Counted from the first letter of the stretch, positions 12,955 through 26,627 are shown. The stretch: DNA of 64,000 nucleotides from Chiloscyllium plagiosum (GCF_004010195.1 NC_057720.1:20711839-20775838), one strand, 5' to 3'. The notes: generated from the letters alone by a model not told the origin. Made by a program: numbers and translations.

Positions 12955-13707
12955 TAGGAGATGCCAGTGTTGGACTGGGGTGTACAAAGTTAAAAATCAC
13001 ACAGGTTATAGTTCAACAGGTTTAATTGGAAGCACACTATCTTTCGGAGCGACACTCCTTCATCAGGTGATTGTGGAGGGCTCGATCATAACACAGAATT
13101 TATAGCAAAAATTTGCAGTGTGACGTAACTGAAATTATACATTGAAGAATTGATTGTCTGTTAAGCCTTTCATCTGTTAGAATACAGTGATAGTTTCACT
13201 TCTTTCATGTGTAAATCACAAAACCCTTTTTTTTAAAAAGTTNNNNNNNNNNNNNNNNNNNNNNNNNNNNNNNNNNNNNNNNNNNNNNNNNNNNNNNNNN
13301 NNNNNNNNNNNNNNNNNNNNNNNNNNNNNNNNNNNNNNNNNNNNNNNNNNNNNNNNNNNNNNNNNNNNNNNNNNNNNNNNNNNNNNNNNNNNNNNNNNNN
13401 NNNNNNNNNNNNNNNNNNNNNNNNNNNNNNNNNNNNNNNNNNNNNNNNNNNNNNNNNNNNNNNNNNNNNNNNNNNNNNNNNNNNNNNNNNNNNNNNNNNN
13501 NNNNNNNNNATAGATTCATGTCGAACTTTGAGCTCAAAATCTGCATGAATTTATGTAAAACTCTGTTATCTTACTTTTTAGATTGGAATCAATCTAAACA
13601 TCAGGTCATAGACAGAGAACACAGGGGGCTAACACCTTCAACATATTGTCTAGCTATCACCATTGTTAACAGCTAACCCGAGAATGCATCTTTGTGATTT
13701 TTAACTT
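12955..13707 (-). mobile_element. Penelope-derived element (family B) spanning an assembly gap
   Basis: Terminus ggagatgccagtgttggactggggtgtacaaagttaaaaatcaca; hammerhead at 13035-13069; inverted stub tgtgatttttaactt at the right end; TSD-like aata(c/t)taatatgat(t/c)agg at 12941-12958 and 13708-13725. Confidence 0.7.
13243..13509. other. Assembly gap (N)
   Basis: Run of N. Confidence 1.
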
Positions 13708-14261
13708 AATATTAATATGATCAGGCTGGGTAAGTAGGATATGGTTACTTACTAAACATTCAATACAAAAACTGAGAACAATTTCCCTTCTGCAAAGACT
13801 GACAGTTCAACAAAAGTATGAAAAGGTTTTGATTGTTAATTTTTACCCAGTTAGCTAATTTACTGCTCTCCATCTTCATTTTCCTACAGCTTTACAACCG
13901 AACCATCCAATGACTGTTACAAAACAGTTCACAAGAATAACCCTACATGTCATAAAAAGTATTATTTCACCATTGCTTTGCAGCAACAAGCAGCAAGTCC
14001 GTCAGCTGCATGGGCCGAATCAAAATAAAATTGAATTGAATTGAATTTATTGTCACTTGTACAGAGGCACTTGAAAAGCTTTGTCAACAATATATCTCAA
14101 ATCAAGAGGTCAAAGGATCTCATCCAAAGAGATCAGATTTCATCTGCTAACTGATCAACAGCACATTAGGAAATGATGCATTGTTTTCTAACAAGCATTT
14201 ACAAACATTTATAAAGAAATACACATTCACTTCCTCAGTTAGCCTTTGTAGAACATTCCAA

Positions 14262-14389
14262 AGGAGAAAGTGAGGACTGCAGATGCTGGAGATCAGCGTC
14301 GAGTGTGTGGTGCTGGAAAAGCACAGGTCAGGCAGGCAGTATCCGAGGAGCAGGAGAGTCGACATTTTGGGCAAAAGCCCTTCTTCAGG
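14262..14389 (-). mobile_element. Penelope-derived short element (family A), single arm, decayed hammerhead
   Basis: ggagaaagtgaggactgcagatgctggagatcag...gggcaaaagcccttcttcagg; flanking direct repeat agaacattcc. Confidence 0.8.
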
Positions 14390-14837
14390 GATTGTACAAG
14401 AACATTCCCAGTCTCATTTCCATTTTTACATATTTATTGCAAAGCCGAAAACCTGTGTTTGGCTAGGCAAAAGGAAACTTTAGCTGATTGCAGGTGATAC
14501 GTTCCTCAGCATTCACTTAAGCTGTCACTACAGACACATATATTGCAAGTCAATATTATACAGATTTTTCACAAAAGGTGTCTGTTGAACAAGATTAACC
14601 AGCTGACTTCCAAACTAGACAAATGCTGTTTGGAACAGAATGTGCCAATATTCATAATTTCAAAGAGGTTGCCAGACAGTATAATTCTTATACATTCATG
14701 TATTTTCTTCATATCTCAATATTTTAACATGGATCAATCCCTTAAAAAATGAAAAAAGCTATATTAACAATGAAACTGCTGGTGAGAATTTCAATGGCTG
14801 GATTTTCTAAGTGTAATGTTAGTGTCACACAGTCAGA

Positions 14838-15327
14838 GTCATACAGATGTACAGCATGGAAACAAACCCTTCGGTCCAACCCATCCATGCCGACCAGATA
14901 TCCCAATCCAATCTAGTCCCACCTGCCAGCACCCAGTCCATATCCCTCCAAACCCTTCCTATTCATATACCCATCCAAATGCCTCTTAAATGTTGCAATT
15001 GTACCAGCCTCCACCACTTCCTCTGGCAGCTCATTTCATACCCGTACCACCCTCTGCATGAAAAAGTTGCCCCTTAGGTCTCTTTTATATCTTTCCCCTC
15101 TCACCCTAAACCTATGCCCTCTAGTTCTAGACTCCCTGACCCCAAGGAAAAGACTTTGTCTATTTACCCTAACCATGCCCCTCATAATTTTGTAAACCTC
15201 TATAAAGGTTTCCCCTCAGCCTCCAACGCTCGAGGGAAAACAGCCCCAGGCTGTTCAGCCTCTCCCTACAGCTCAAATCCTCCAACCCTGGCAACATCCT
15301 TGTAAACCTTTTCTGAACCCTTTCAAG
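14838..15327 (-). mobile_element. CR1 3' fragment
   Basis: [19 protein letters not shown]...GLFSLE peptide plus CR1 3' UTR. Confidence 0.9.
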
Positions 15328-15636
15328 TGGCCCAACAAGTCCACACCAACCCTCTGAAGAGTAACCCACCCAGACCCAGTCCCCTATCCTATTATTCTAC
15401 ATTTACCCCTGACTTATGCAACTAGCCTAAACATCCCTGAACACTATGAGCAATTTAGCACGGCCAATTCACATGACCTGCATATCTCTGGATTGCGAGT
15501 GGAAACCAGAGCACCCAGAAGAAACCCACGTGGACGGGGGAGAATGTGTAACCTCCACACAGAGTCACCTGAGGCCGGAATCGTACCCAGGTACGGTGAG
15601 GCAACAGTGCTAACCACTGAGTCACTGTGCTACCCA
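15328..15636 (-). mobile_element. HE1/V-SINE fused to CR1 fragment
   Basis: Reverse complement begins gggtagcacagtgactcagtggttagcactg; V core present. Confidence 0.8.
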
Positions 15637-17462
15637 TAAGCTGTCAGCAGTCACCATTCTCACCCTGGGAACTAACTGGAATATCACATAAACAGCTAGA
15701 GGCAAACTGATTCATTCCCACTGTCTTGGAAGTTCCCATTGTTAACTGTATCAATTGCAACGGGTAATTGGGATAAACAATAAATGCTGTCCTCATTAGC
15801 GACATCCACATCCCATAGGAGAATAAAAAAAGTTGAGATTAAGTATTTTGAGGTGGAGGGCAATGATTGGATAGTCACTTTGAAAATGTGTATGGGTATA
15901 ACCAGGCAGAGAAAGAGTTAAGTTCTGAGTTTTGAGAAAGAAGAGGTTCAACTGAACATGACTCAGATCAGATAAGAACTTGCAGTTAACAATGGGGTAC
16001 TGGAGGCAAGGGTAATGGGTTAACAAGGTGGAAAAGCATTAATTACGTAGAGCCATTGAACAACATTGGAAGCATTCAGTATGTAAGGACAGTTTGACAA
16101 GGTGAAAAGTATTCATTATGTGAAGCCAGTTAAGGTCAAGAACATTCACTGTATAAAGCAGATGGCTTAATCTTTGCTATTATCACTTGCTGATTGTAAT
16201 GGTCACCCAATTAATATGCATGTTGTCTTATATGGATGCTCCTCCATATAAAATGACTATATAATTCATTAAGAAACTGCTATTCCAGAGAAGACCATGA
16301 AGTCGTGTCCCTGTACATATGGGTGATTGTTCTTTCTCCCTTCAGGGCCCGGGATCAAGATAGAGGTAAAACAAAACTGTGTCTCTGAGCGTTTTGCTTC
16401 TGCCGGCGGGCGGGCGGGGGTGACAACTTGAGTTCATTTAAAGAAATACTAAGGAGTTCTTGTGATGCACCAGTAGCACTCCTACCTGGGAGCCACAAGT
16501 TCCACCTGCCTTGGAGCTATGTCATAACCTGTTTGGACAGACAAGTTTTGTATAAAAACACATTTACTGATCTCAAATCATGGTGAAGCTAGGCGGTATA
16601 CACCTGCAATGATTCAATCTATACCAAGACCAGTTCTGTTGTTTCTTTCAAAACTAGCTACCAATCTTTAGAAGTCAGTCAAGTAGTGAAAACCTTCCAT
16701 TAATGTTACTAAGAGGCAACTGAAAATATTGCACCTTGTATTGCAGGATGTAGTTGGTTTGGCTTTTAAAGAACATATCAAGACATAACTTTAGAACAAT
16801 CTCTGGCCCAGAAACATTTTTGTGTTTCTGTAAAGTCAAATTATCCATTACGCTAAAAGTGCCATTGCTTTAATGTAACACCATATTTTAGTCTACAACA
16901 TGCAATTTCCAATCTTTATTTTGCTACCTGTAAATCAAAGAAATTTTGGAAGAGATTCAATATGCTTTCCTAACAGCAAGAAATCCATTTACACTGTTTG
17001 GTGTTATCACGGATGGTAATGTCTAATTTTCCAAAATAGTCTAAAACTTGGACTTATACTGAATACTTCGTTTCCTCTTCCAATTTAACTCTAATCAGGC
17101 TCCACCACTGTATTACTGTTTCTCTGTGCAGAGGTAATTTTACCAGCTTTGTCATCTAAGAATTGGAGTGGAAACATGAAAACAACTTCATTCAATTAAC
17201 ATATCTCCTACATCACCTATGTGTATCTTATGATTGCGACAGCAAATCAGAGATCCTGACATGTTCCCTTCAGTTTTAATCGTGCCCTCCAGCATCCCCT
17301 AGACAATTTTATATTGGAATGAATTTTCAACCTGTCATCATCTACTCAAAACTGTGAATTTATTGCCTTCATTATTTAATTTTGCCCCCTTTCACAGTAC
17401 TGATATGATTCAAGTTAGAAGTCACATGATACCAGGTTATTATCCAACAGGTTTATTTGAAA

Positions 17463-17499
17463 TCACAAGCTTTCAGAGCACTGCTCCTTCCTCAGGTGA
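17463..17499 (-). ncRNA. Minimal hammerhead ribozyme motif (family B fragment about 17420-17540)
   Basis: ucac CUGAGGA A GGAGC agu GCUCU GAAA GCUU guga: both core boxes intact, 4-bp stem I, 5-bp stem II, CUU triplet. Confidence 0.7.
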
Positions 17500-17554
17500 A
17501 ATGGAAGAAAGCACACAGGCACAGAATTTTCATGCATAGACCTCCATGATATGA

Positions 17555-17810
17555 TACAAGAGCTTTGGCAGCAGCAGATACATGGGAACACATACAAGCT
17601 CCCCATCAAACCATACATTATCCTGACTCGAAGCTAAAAATCAGCATTACTTCATTGCTGCTGGGTTCAAAACCTTGGAAGTTCTTCCCTTTGTAACAGC
17701 ACTGAGAGTGTCCCTCCACCACAGCAGTTCAAGATGGTAGCACACTACCACCTGCGCAAGGGGAATTCCAGATGGACAATAAATGCTAGCACACATCATA
17801 TGAACAGCTT
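17555..17810 (+). mobile_element. Old LINE (CR1/L2-group) 3' end; related copies near 12400-12580, 30790-31170 (+), 15640-15830 and 31180-32660 (-)
   Basis: Shared motifs gcagcagatacatgggaacac...atcctgact...gggttcaaaaccttggaa...cagcagttcaagatggtagc...aataaatgct. Confidence 0.6.
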
Positions 17811-19144
17811 TAAAAAAAATACAAAATCTAAAGCTTAAGGCTATGTAACTATTCCCTGCTTCAATTTTTAAACCTCCCTTTTGCTGTAAGCTAATGGCCA
17901 CAAAACCTTAAAAGTTCTCTTAACTCCTCTTACCACCACTTGAAAACAACTGCTAAGTCATTTTTAAAACAAAATTCAAATCGTTCCACATAAACTGATA
18001 AAATACTCAACATAAACATAGCCAGTTAAAGTGATAAGACTAGGTTTGTTGGACTGATACAACGTAATTTGCTAAAGTCATAGTTCTCCTTTCCACAAGA
18101 GTATTAGAACAGTCTGGAAACAGAACTAATTGGAATAATAACTAGACTCCACATTTGCACCAGCTGGTAAAGATATATAGATCACTACATTTCTATGTTT
18201 AACAAAATGTCAGAAAAGAAACAAGTTCTGTTTTCCATTCAAGTTCACCATTAATTATCATAAAGAAATCACAGCTCAAATTATTTTATATGTTCTGAAA
18301 AATAGGTGAACTCAAGACTTGTTTTCGTACATTTTTTAAAAAATTGAACACATGCACACATAGACACAAAAAAATTCAAGCTCCCATGAAGTCGAAGGAG
18401 TTATTTAGAGATTTCTATGATTTGTCATTTTTAAAATTCTATTAACAATTTTTGTTTGGAGCGGTGAACTTGGAGTGTGAACTGTGAGTTAAATATAATT
18501 TTTGGACTGTGAGTAACAGCTTGTGTTAAAACAAAAACAAACAGGCCAAACAAGCTTTTGTTTATTCGTCAGATCAAGCATGGAAATTAATTACAGGTTC
18601 GTTCATAGAATCAAAGATGAACAGAACGGAAATAGACCTTTCAGTCCAACTTGTCCATGCTAACCAGTAAAACTGCTTTTAGATTTTTTCCTAATCAACC
18701 CGTTCAGAAGTGTTTTTATGCATGCCTGGAGCCAATGGGACTTGAATCCAGTGTCCTAAGGACTGGACCACTGCACCACAAGAGACACCCTGGTCAAAAG
18801 ATTCCGCATTTTCTGTCACCAGGAAAGAGTATTACAAATAAACAGAGAGCAGAAATTGGCTATTATGGAGGTCAGAAACCTGAAAATTGTAGTCTGGAAA
18901 AGATCTTGCACAAGCAGATGGCAGATGTTGAATGATAATTGGGACTTTGTGGAGATGGTCAGTCTATCAGGAATTGGTCAGAGCTTGAATTGAGTTTGGA
19001 CTACAGTCTTAATGAAAAAGGACTCTGGCTGCTGATGCCACAGCATCAAAAGCTCCCTGCCTAAAAGCTCCATTGAAAGGTCCCTGCCTAAGATCCCTAG
19101 ACTCATAGAAACTTAGTTTTCTACTCTTAAGTTACATGTGATGC

Positions 19145-19535
19145 GGAGGAGCTGGTGTTGGACTGGGGTGGACAAAGTTAAAACTCACAACACCAGGTTA
19201 TAGCTCGACAGGTTTATTTGGAAGCACTATTCTAAAAGAACAACCAGTTGATGAAGAAGCAGCACTCCGAAAGCGAGTGCTTCCAAATAAACCTGTTGGA
19301 CTGTAACATGGCATTGTGTGACTTTTAACTTTATTCTAAAAGATGAAAGGCTTAATAACAATCTAGGTATGTTGAATATATAAAATTTCAGTTGTATGAC
19401 TTTGTAATCTTTTGCTATAAATTCAGTGGCATATGGTGTTGCTCCACAGCTACCTGAAGAAGAAGCAGCACTCCGAAAGCTAGTGCTTCTAAATAAACCT
19501 GTTGGACCATAACCTGGTGTTGTGCTTTTTAACAA
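19145..19535. mobile_element. Penelope-derived family B cluster: one inverted arm and two tandem hammerhead-bearing arms
   Basis: 19145-19229 is reverse-complementary to the 3' parts of 19245-19330 and 19450-19535. Core at 19454-19485: CTGAAGA AGAAG cagca CTCC GAAA GCTA GTG. Confidence 0.75.
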
Positions 19536-20281
19536 AGTCATATGTATTACTGCCTTTATTAGAATGAATTGTAAAGTGAATTGTGATTATGACAGAGATC
19601 TTCAGCAAGTCAACCAAGAAACTATCATTTGTGCCTGTGGAACAATGCATCACACTTAAGTACCTTTCAAACTGAGCAGTTTTGTTATTTTTGTTTGTTT
19701 ACCCCTTAACTCTTTGTTTGTTTATCTTTTGTATTAATAGGCCTGAAAATAAAGGTTTGAGTTTTTAGAATACTTTATTTAATTTTGCTCTACTGAAAAT
19801 ATTGCATTGTTAATAATTTGCTCAGTCTTTCGTTTAAGATACAAATTGGTGTCCAGTATTGATTCTCTCAGAATCGGAAACTGCTTATTCAAAAATTTGG
19901 TTAGGAACCATGGGGCTTAATTTTGAGTTTTTGAAGGTTTTAATTTTACTGTGTTGTGAACACAAAGCCGGAAAGGCTGATTTGGTTCAACTGTGTCCAT
20001 AACTATCAGCAATTGGAAATATTAAAGTGTATTCACAATTAAGAATACTTCACCTTGGAAACTGGTCCAGTGGTATAATTTGCAAGAAAAATTATGAGGA
20101 GAAACAGAATTCATAGGTAGTTTTGGAATTTTGAACATAGAAACATTTTGAATTCAATAACCTGGAGCAAAAGTGTTGTGTATTTGCCTTTTAGACTAAT
20201 CACATGATATTATGAGGTCATCATCAGCCATTTAGGAAGAAACAGCTTAATCTTGCCTTGCTGCTTGCAGAATGAACATTG

Positions 20282-21595
20282 AGTCATAGAGATCACAGCA
20301 CGCAAACAGACCCTTCAATCCAACTCGTCCTAAATTAATCTAGTCCCATTTGCCAACATTTGGCCCATATTCCTGTAAACCATTCATATTCATAAGCCCA
20401 TCCGGATGTCTCTTAAGTTTTGTAATTGTACCCGCCTTCACAACGGTCTCTGGCAGCTCATTCCACACGTGCACCACCCACTAAAAGTTGCCCCTTAAGT
20501 CCCTTTTAAATCTTTCCCCTCTCACCCAAAACCTTTAGTTCTGGAGTCCTCCCCACCAGAGGGAAAAGATATTGTCTATTTACCCTATCCATGGCTCTCA
20601 TGATTTTATCAACCTCGATAAGGTCACCCTTCAGCCTCCAACACACTAGGCAAAACAGCCCCCGTCTATTCAGCCTCTCCCTATAGCTCAAAGGCTCCAG
20701 CTCTGACAACATCCTTGCAAATCTTTTCTGAACCCTTTCAAGTTTCACAGCATCGTTCCAATAGGAGGGGGACCATAACTGCACATAACATTCCAAAAGT
20801 GGCTTAACGAATGTCCTGGACAGCCACAACATGACCTCCCAACTCCTATGCTCAATGCTTTGAACTATAAAGGTAAACATACAGAACACCTTCTTTACTA
20901 TCCTATCTACCAGAGACTCCACTTTCAAGAAACTACGAACCTGCATTCCAAGGTCTTTGTTCAGCAACACACCCTAGGACTTTACCATTAAGTGTATAAG
21001 CACTGTCCTGATTTGCCTTTCCACCTCACACTTATCCGAATTAAACTCCACCTACCACTCCTCAGACCATTGGCCCAGCTGACCAAGATCCCGTTGTACT
21101 CTGGAGGTAACCTTTTACACTGTCCACTACAGGTCCAATTTTGGTGTTGTCTACAAACTTACTAACTATACCTATGTTCACATCCAGATCGTTTATATAA
21201 ATGATGAAAACCAATGGAACCACCACCAATCCTTGTGGCGCACCACTGGTCACAAGCCTCCAGGCTGAAAGCCCAACGCTCCACCAACACCCCACCTCTC
21301 TCTCTGACCTTGGAGTCAATTCTGTATCCTAATGGCTAGTTCTCCATGTATTCCATGTGATGTATCCTTGCGAACCAATCTACCATGAGGAACCTTATCA
21401 AATGCTTTACTGAAGTCCATATAGATCACATCCACCACTCTGCCCTCATTAATCTTCTTCATTACCAAGTTCGTGAGACGTGATTTCCTACAAAGCCATC
21501 CTGACTATCCCTAATCAGTCCTTGCCTATCCAAATATATGTAAACCCTGTCCCTCAGGATTCCCTCCAACAACTTGCCCATCACCGATGTCATCA
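20282..21595 (-). mobile_element. CR1 RT/3' fragment
   Basis: SGAPQGLVVVPLVFIIYINDL and [13 protein letters not shown] peptides; 3' UTR. Confidence 0.88.
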
Positions 21596-22444
21596 TCTTA
21601 ATAAAGCTGCTGCTGTTTAATACTTCAACCTCTTGGTCCTTCTCAAAACCATAATACAGAGTACAAAAAAACTGCTTAGAGTAAGGTAAATTTTATTGGT
21701 TTGAATTAAAAGCAGAATTATGATCCTCAGGGCAGATCTTGGGTGCACTCAAAGAAAAATCAAAAGATACCAATTTTGCTCCACAAAATTGGAGCTGTAG
21801 TGGACAGCTGGAAAGGCTACTTCCAGAGTAGAATGGGATCATGATCAGTTGGGCCAATGGTCTGAGGAGTGGCAGACTGAGCTTAATTCAGATAAATGTG
21901 AGGTGCTGCATTTTGGAAAGGCAAATCAGGACAGTACTTATACACTTAATGGTAAAGTCCTAGGGTTTGTTGCTGAACAAAGACCTTGTAGCAGATACAG
22001 GCAGCAAGGAGGGAAACAAAAGTGAACAGCGCAGAAAAAACTTGCCATGTGCTTCACCATGAAGGAGCACTACAACGAGGTGCCCTAGTTGGACGGCAAT
22101 GTTTGAGTTCAGGTAGACTCAGAAAAGAAGCAGACAACCCCAAGAATACTTTGTTTTAAACTGGAAAAAGCAAAGTACTGCTAAATTTTATGTGGTGCAT
22201 TGTACTTTCATACCTTTCCCATTTCAAATAAATAAAAAAGGGAAATGTTGGTGCTGTAAGATTGTATGAGGCAAGTACATTGAGCAGGAACTCTCACACA
22301 GGAAGACCATCATTTTGATCAAGCTAACCAAAAGGGAGCAAATATCCTTTTCCATGTGTTCCTACATATTATGGGGGAAAAAAAATTAATCTTTGGAGTC
22401 TGGTAGAACCAGAGAAGATGGGTTTGAAAACTTCTAAATAATTA

Positions 22445-22665
22445 GTAAAGGTAAAGTTGCCATATTCTTATCAAACCATAGGACTGTTCTCTCAGACAGA
22501 GCCGACTGGTGGTGGTTTAACCTGGACGTCACCACACCTCAGACGTGTGAAAACATTGAGGAGAGTCCTTCATGGGAACCTCAGCCACTGCAGGAATTGA
22601 GACCATGATGTTGGCGTTACTCTGCATTGCAATGCAGACATCCAACCAACTGACCTAACAGACCC
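22445..22665 (-). mobile_element. tRNA-derived SINE (non-HE1 family)
   Basis: Reverse complement starts gggtctgttaggtcagttggttgga...ggtctcaattcc (A/B-box-like). Confidence 0.55.
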
Positions 22666-23139
22666 AAAATGCTACAGAAGAACTTTTTACCAAAGTCACT
22701 AGTGACTGTCAAAAGGATCAGATTCAACATATGCAAACAGCATCACAGTATCTATCACCCAGTTCTTGTTCTTGGAAATTTATTAGAATTTGCAAATCCA
22801 GAGACAACTTAAATTATGCTATCAGAGACAGACTGATGTTAAGCAATTCAGAAGAGATTACTGACAGAAAGAAAGTAGATTTAAAGGAAGCAAAACAGCA
22901 GTCTCAATGTGACTAGCAGCCAAGGAAGCTCAACAAATAAGTTCAACCATGAACGTTCACAAAGTGGCAGCTCAGAGCCATGCACCAATGAAAACTCAAA
23001 ACTCCCAGAATGGAAGAACAGGTCACAGAGCACTGAATTGCTGGTATAAAGATGGTCTATGCAGAAACTGTGCCAAAAAGGTTATATTAAATGGATGAGT
23101 TTGAGGAAAAAACATGAACAACATTGAGAAAAATACAGA

Positions 23140-25345
23140 AGAGTCATAGACAGGAAGTCACAGTTATACACCATTAAAACAGAACATTTGGTCCAATTAG
23201 TCAATGTTGACCAGATATCTAAACTGATTGAGTCTCATTTGCCAGCACTTGGCCCATATCCCTTGACACTCTTCCTATCCATGTGCTCATCCAGATGCCC
23301 TTTAAATGTTGTGAACGTATCTGCTTGCATCACTTCCTCTTCAAGGAAGCATCAATGTCTGTGTGGATAAAGTTATCCCTCAGGTCACTTTTAAACCTTT
23401 CCCTTATCACCTTAACCCTATGCTCTCTAGTTTTGGACTTCCTTAACCTGGGGAAAAAACACCTTGTCTAATCACCCTGTCCATGCTCCTTACGATTGTA
23501 TAAACCTCTATAAAGGTTACCCTTCAGCCTCCAACATTCCAGGGGGGAAAGAAAAAAGTCTCTTCAGCCTCTCCCTATAGCTCAAATCCTCCAATCCTGG
23601 CAACATACTCTTTTCAGAATTGAGCTAACCAATGTCCTGAACAGCTGCAACGTCATGTCTCAACATCTATGCACAATGCACGAACCAATGAAAGCAATCA
23701 TGCCAAATGTGTTCTTCACCGTACCGTCTTGCCTACCTGCAACTCCCCTTTCAAGGAACTATGCACCAGCACTCAGAGGTCTCTTTGTTCAGCAACTCTG
23801 CAGGGCTGTACCATTAATTGTACAAGTCCTGTCCTGATTTGCTTCATCAAAATGCAACAACTGACATTTATCTAAATTAAACTCCATCTGCCATTCCTCA
23901 GCCCATTAGCCCATCTGATCAAGGTCCTGTTGTATCTTGGCAATCTTCTTCACTGCCCACAACATGACCAATTTGTACAATCTACAAACTTACTAACCAC
24001 CACTTCCTATATTCACATCCAAATCATTTATATAAATAATGAAAAGCAGTGGGTCCAGCACCGAACCTCGTGATACACTGCTGTTCACAGACCTTCAGTT
24101 GAAGAAAAACCACCTTCCACTACTCTCTGTCTCCTACCTTCAAGCCATTTTTGTACCTAATTGGCTCCTCCCTCTGGATTCCATCAGCTGTACCATGAGG
24201 AAACTTGTCCAATGCTTAGCTGAAGTCCATAGAGACAGACATCTATTGTTCTATCAATCTTATCACTTCTTCAAAAAAACCTCAATCAAGTTAATGAGAT
24301 ATGATTTCCCATGCATTGTTTTTACCTCTGCATAAAGCCATGTTGACTCTCCCTAATCAGTCCTTGCCTTTCCAAATATATGTAAATCCTGTCTTTCAGC
24401 AATCTCTTCCTTCACTTCCCACAAAGTTCGAAGGTACACGTGAACAGGTCCTGGAGATTTATCCACATTCATACATTTTAAGATGTCGAGCACCACCTCC
24501 TCTGTAATAGGGACACTTTTCAAAATATTACTATTTTCCCACATTTTCTGGCTTCCATATCCCTCTTCACAGTAGTACTGATGCAGAATACTTGTTTCAT
24601 ATTTCACCCATCTCCTGTGGTTCCACACAAACAGCTTTGTTCATCTTGAAGGGTCCCTATTTTCTCCTTAGTTACTCTTTTGTCTTTAATTTATTTATAG
24701 AATTTCTGACTTCTCCTTAACCCTATTTGCCAAAGGTAAGTCATGTCCCCTTTTCCCCTCCTACTGATTGCCCTTTTAAGTATACTCTTATTGCTATTAT
24801 ACTGCTCTAGGGATTTACTCAATCCCAGGTGTCTATATCTGACATATACCTCTTTCTTTTTCTTGACCAAAACCTCAATTTCTATCATCCTGCAGTGCTC
24901 TTCACCCTAACTGAAATATTCTGGTCTATGAACCCTCCTTATCTCGTTTATTAGGCCTCCCACTTTCCAACTATCTCTTTACCTGTGAATAGCCTCTCCC
25001 AGTGAGGACTGCAGATGCTGGAGATCAGAGTTGAGAGTGTGGTGCAGGAAAAGCACAGCAGGTCAGACAGCATCCGAGGAGCAAGGGAAATCGACGTTTC
25101 AGGCATAAACCCATCAGCCCTCATTCCTGATGAAGGGCTTATGCCCGTAACATCGATTCTCCTACTCCTCAGATGCTGCCTGACCTACTGTGCTTTTCCA
25201 GCACCACACTCTTGACAATAATCTCTCAACGTTTGAAAATTCTTGACTATTACCAATACTCCAATTTAGAACATTAACTTTTAGATCAGGTCAATCCTTT
25301 ACCACAACTATTTTAAAACTAACAATTATGATTACTGGTCCCATT
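23140..25345 (-). mobile_element. Degraded CR1 (linker, RT, 3' UTR) inserted into the Gypsy relic
   Basis: VDKSPGPVHVYLRTLWEV and EIEVLVKKKKEVYVRYR peptides; CR1 3' UTR at the left end. Confidence 0.85.
25001..25216. mobile_element. Family A inverted pair inserted in CR1
   Basis: Left arm ends gacgtttcaggcataaaccc; right arm cctgatgaagggcttatgcccgtaacatcgattctcc. Confidence 0.8.
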
Positions 25346-26627
25346 TGTATTTTTCTGATAATCGAGCATGGTTTTGTAGTCATCATTAATTCCTTAATTC
25401 CAGATTTTTAATTGAATGCAAATTCCACCATATGCCGCGGCAGGATTTGAACCCAAATCTCCAGATCATTAACCGGGTCTCTGGCTTAACAACCCAGCAA
25501 TAATACCACTAGGTACATTGCTTCCACATTACAGGTCCCTTTAAAGGGGTTGTATCAATACAAATGTTCAGTTGTACAGTCAGTCAGTCTGAAGATCTGT
25601 CCTTATACACTGGTAAAGGGAATTTCCCAGCTTTATTGAGTTGAACATGGATGGAGAAAATCAAACTCATCTGGGCTGAAGTAAATTGCTTGTCAGATTC
25701 TGATACTGATCTGGCACAAATTCTAAAGATACACTCCAATTTTTTTCAATGGAGAATTTGGAAACATGAAAAAGATCTCTGTAAAATTGAAAATCAACGA
25801 CAAGACTTGAGCAAAATGGTACAAGGCTAGATTAGTGCCTTATGCTAGATCAAAGGTGGAGGCAGAATTAGACAGGCTGGGAGGCCTGGAACCCACAAAT
25901 GAGTGATCAGGCCACATCTATCATACCAGTGACGATGGATTTGTATGCATTGCTGGTGATTTTAAGGTCATTATTAATCTGGTAGTATTCTTTGTTTTTA
26001 ATTGATAATCTATTTGCTGGACTAAGTGGAGGTTGGCTTTTCAGTAAAACTGACCTTAGACAAATCTACCTGCAGATGAATGTAGGTTCTGTCAAATATC
26101 GCTGTGACTCAATCATAAGATATAAAGACTACTGAATTACAAGAGAATTCCATTTGGAATCTAAGCTGCACTTGTATTAATTCAACATGCTATAGTGTCC
26201 AGGGCTGTGCGGGATAATAGGGTTAGCTAGGAAAATGTGGAATAACAAGGATAGGGCAGGGGAGGGGGGTAATGGTTTTTGGCCGGTGTGGGGAGGTGGG
26301 GGTTCAGTGCAGATTTGGTGGGTCGATTGTTCCCTGTCTGCACTGTACACATTCTTTGATCCAACTTTAAGTGGATTGGAAGGAATTCAGTGTTACCTAG
26401 CAGCTATTTCAATCATGGGGAGAAGCAGAAAAAAAAGTATTTCCACAAATTAGACAATACTTTAAGATTGGTTTATTTAACAATGACTAGACATTTACCC
26501 AAATAGATCATTGGTCACAATATTTCAGCCTCACACAGGGATATCTTCTCTAGCTCAGAGCTGTATGCATAGGTCAATGTTGTTGCTATCAGCTCAAACT
26601 TACACAATTAAGTATCAGCATCAGTGA

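Noticed and set aside
13187..13546. ORFs spanning N runs (also 62391-63752)
   Set aside because: Artefacts of translating assembly gaps.
25538..25547. Perfect CArG boxes CCTTTAAAGG and CCAAATAAGG (60583-60592)
   Set aside because: Both lie in or at the edge of transposon sequence, and several are expected by chance in 64 kb.
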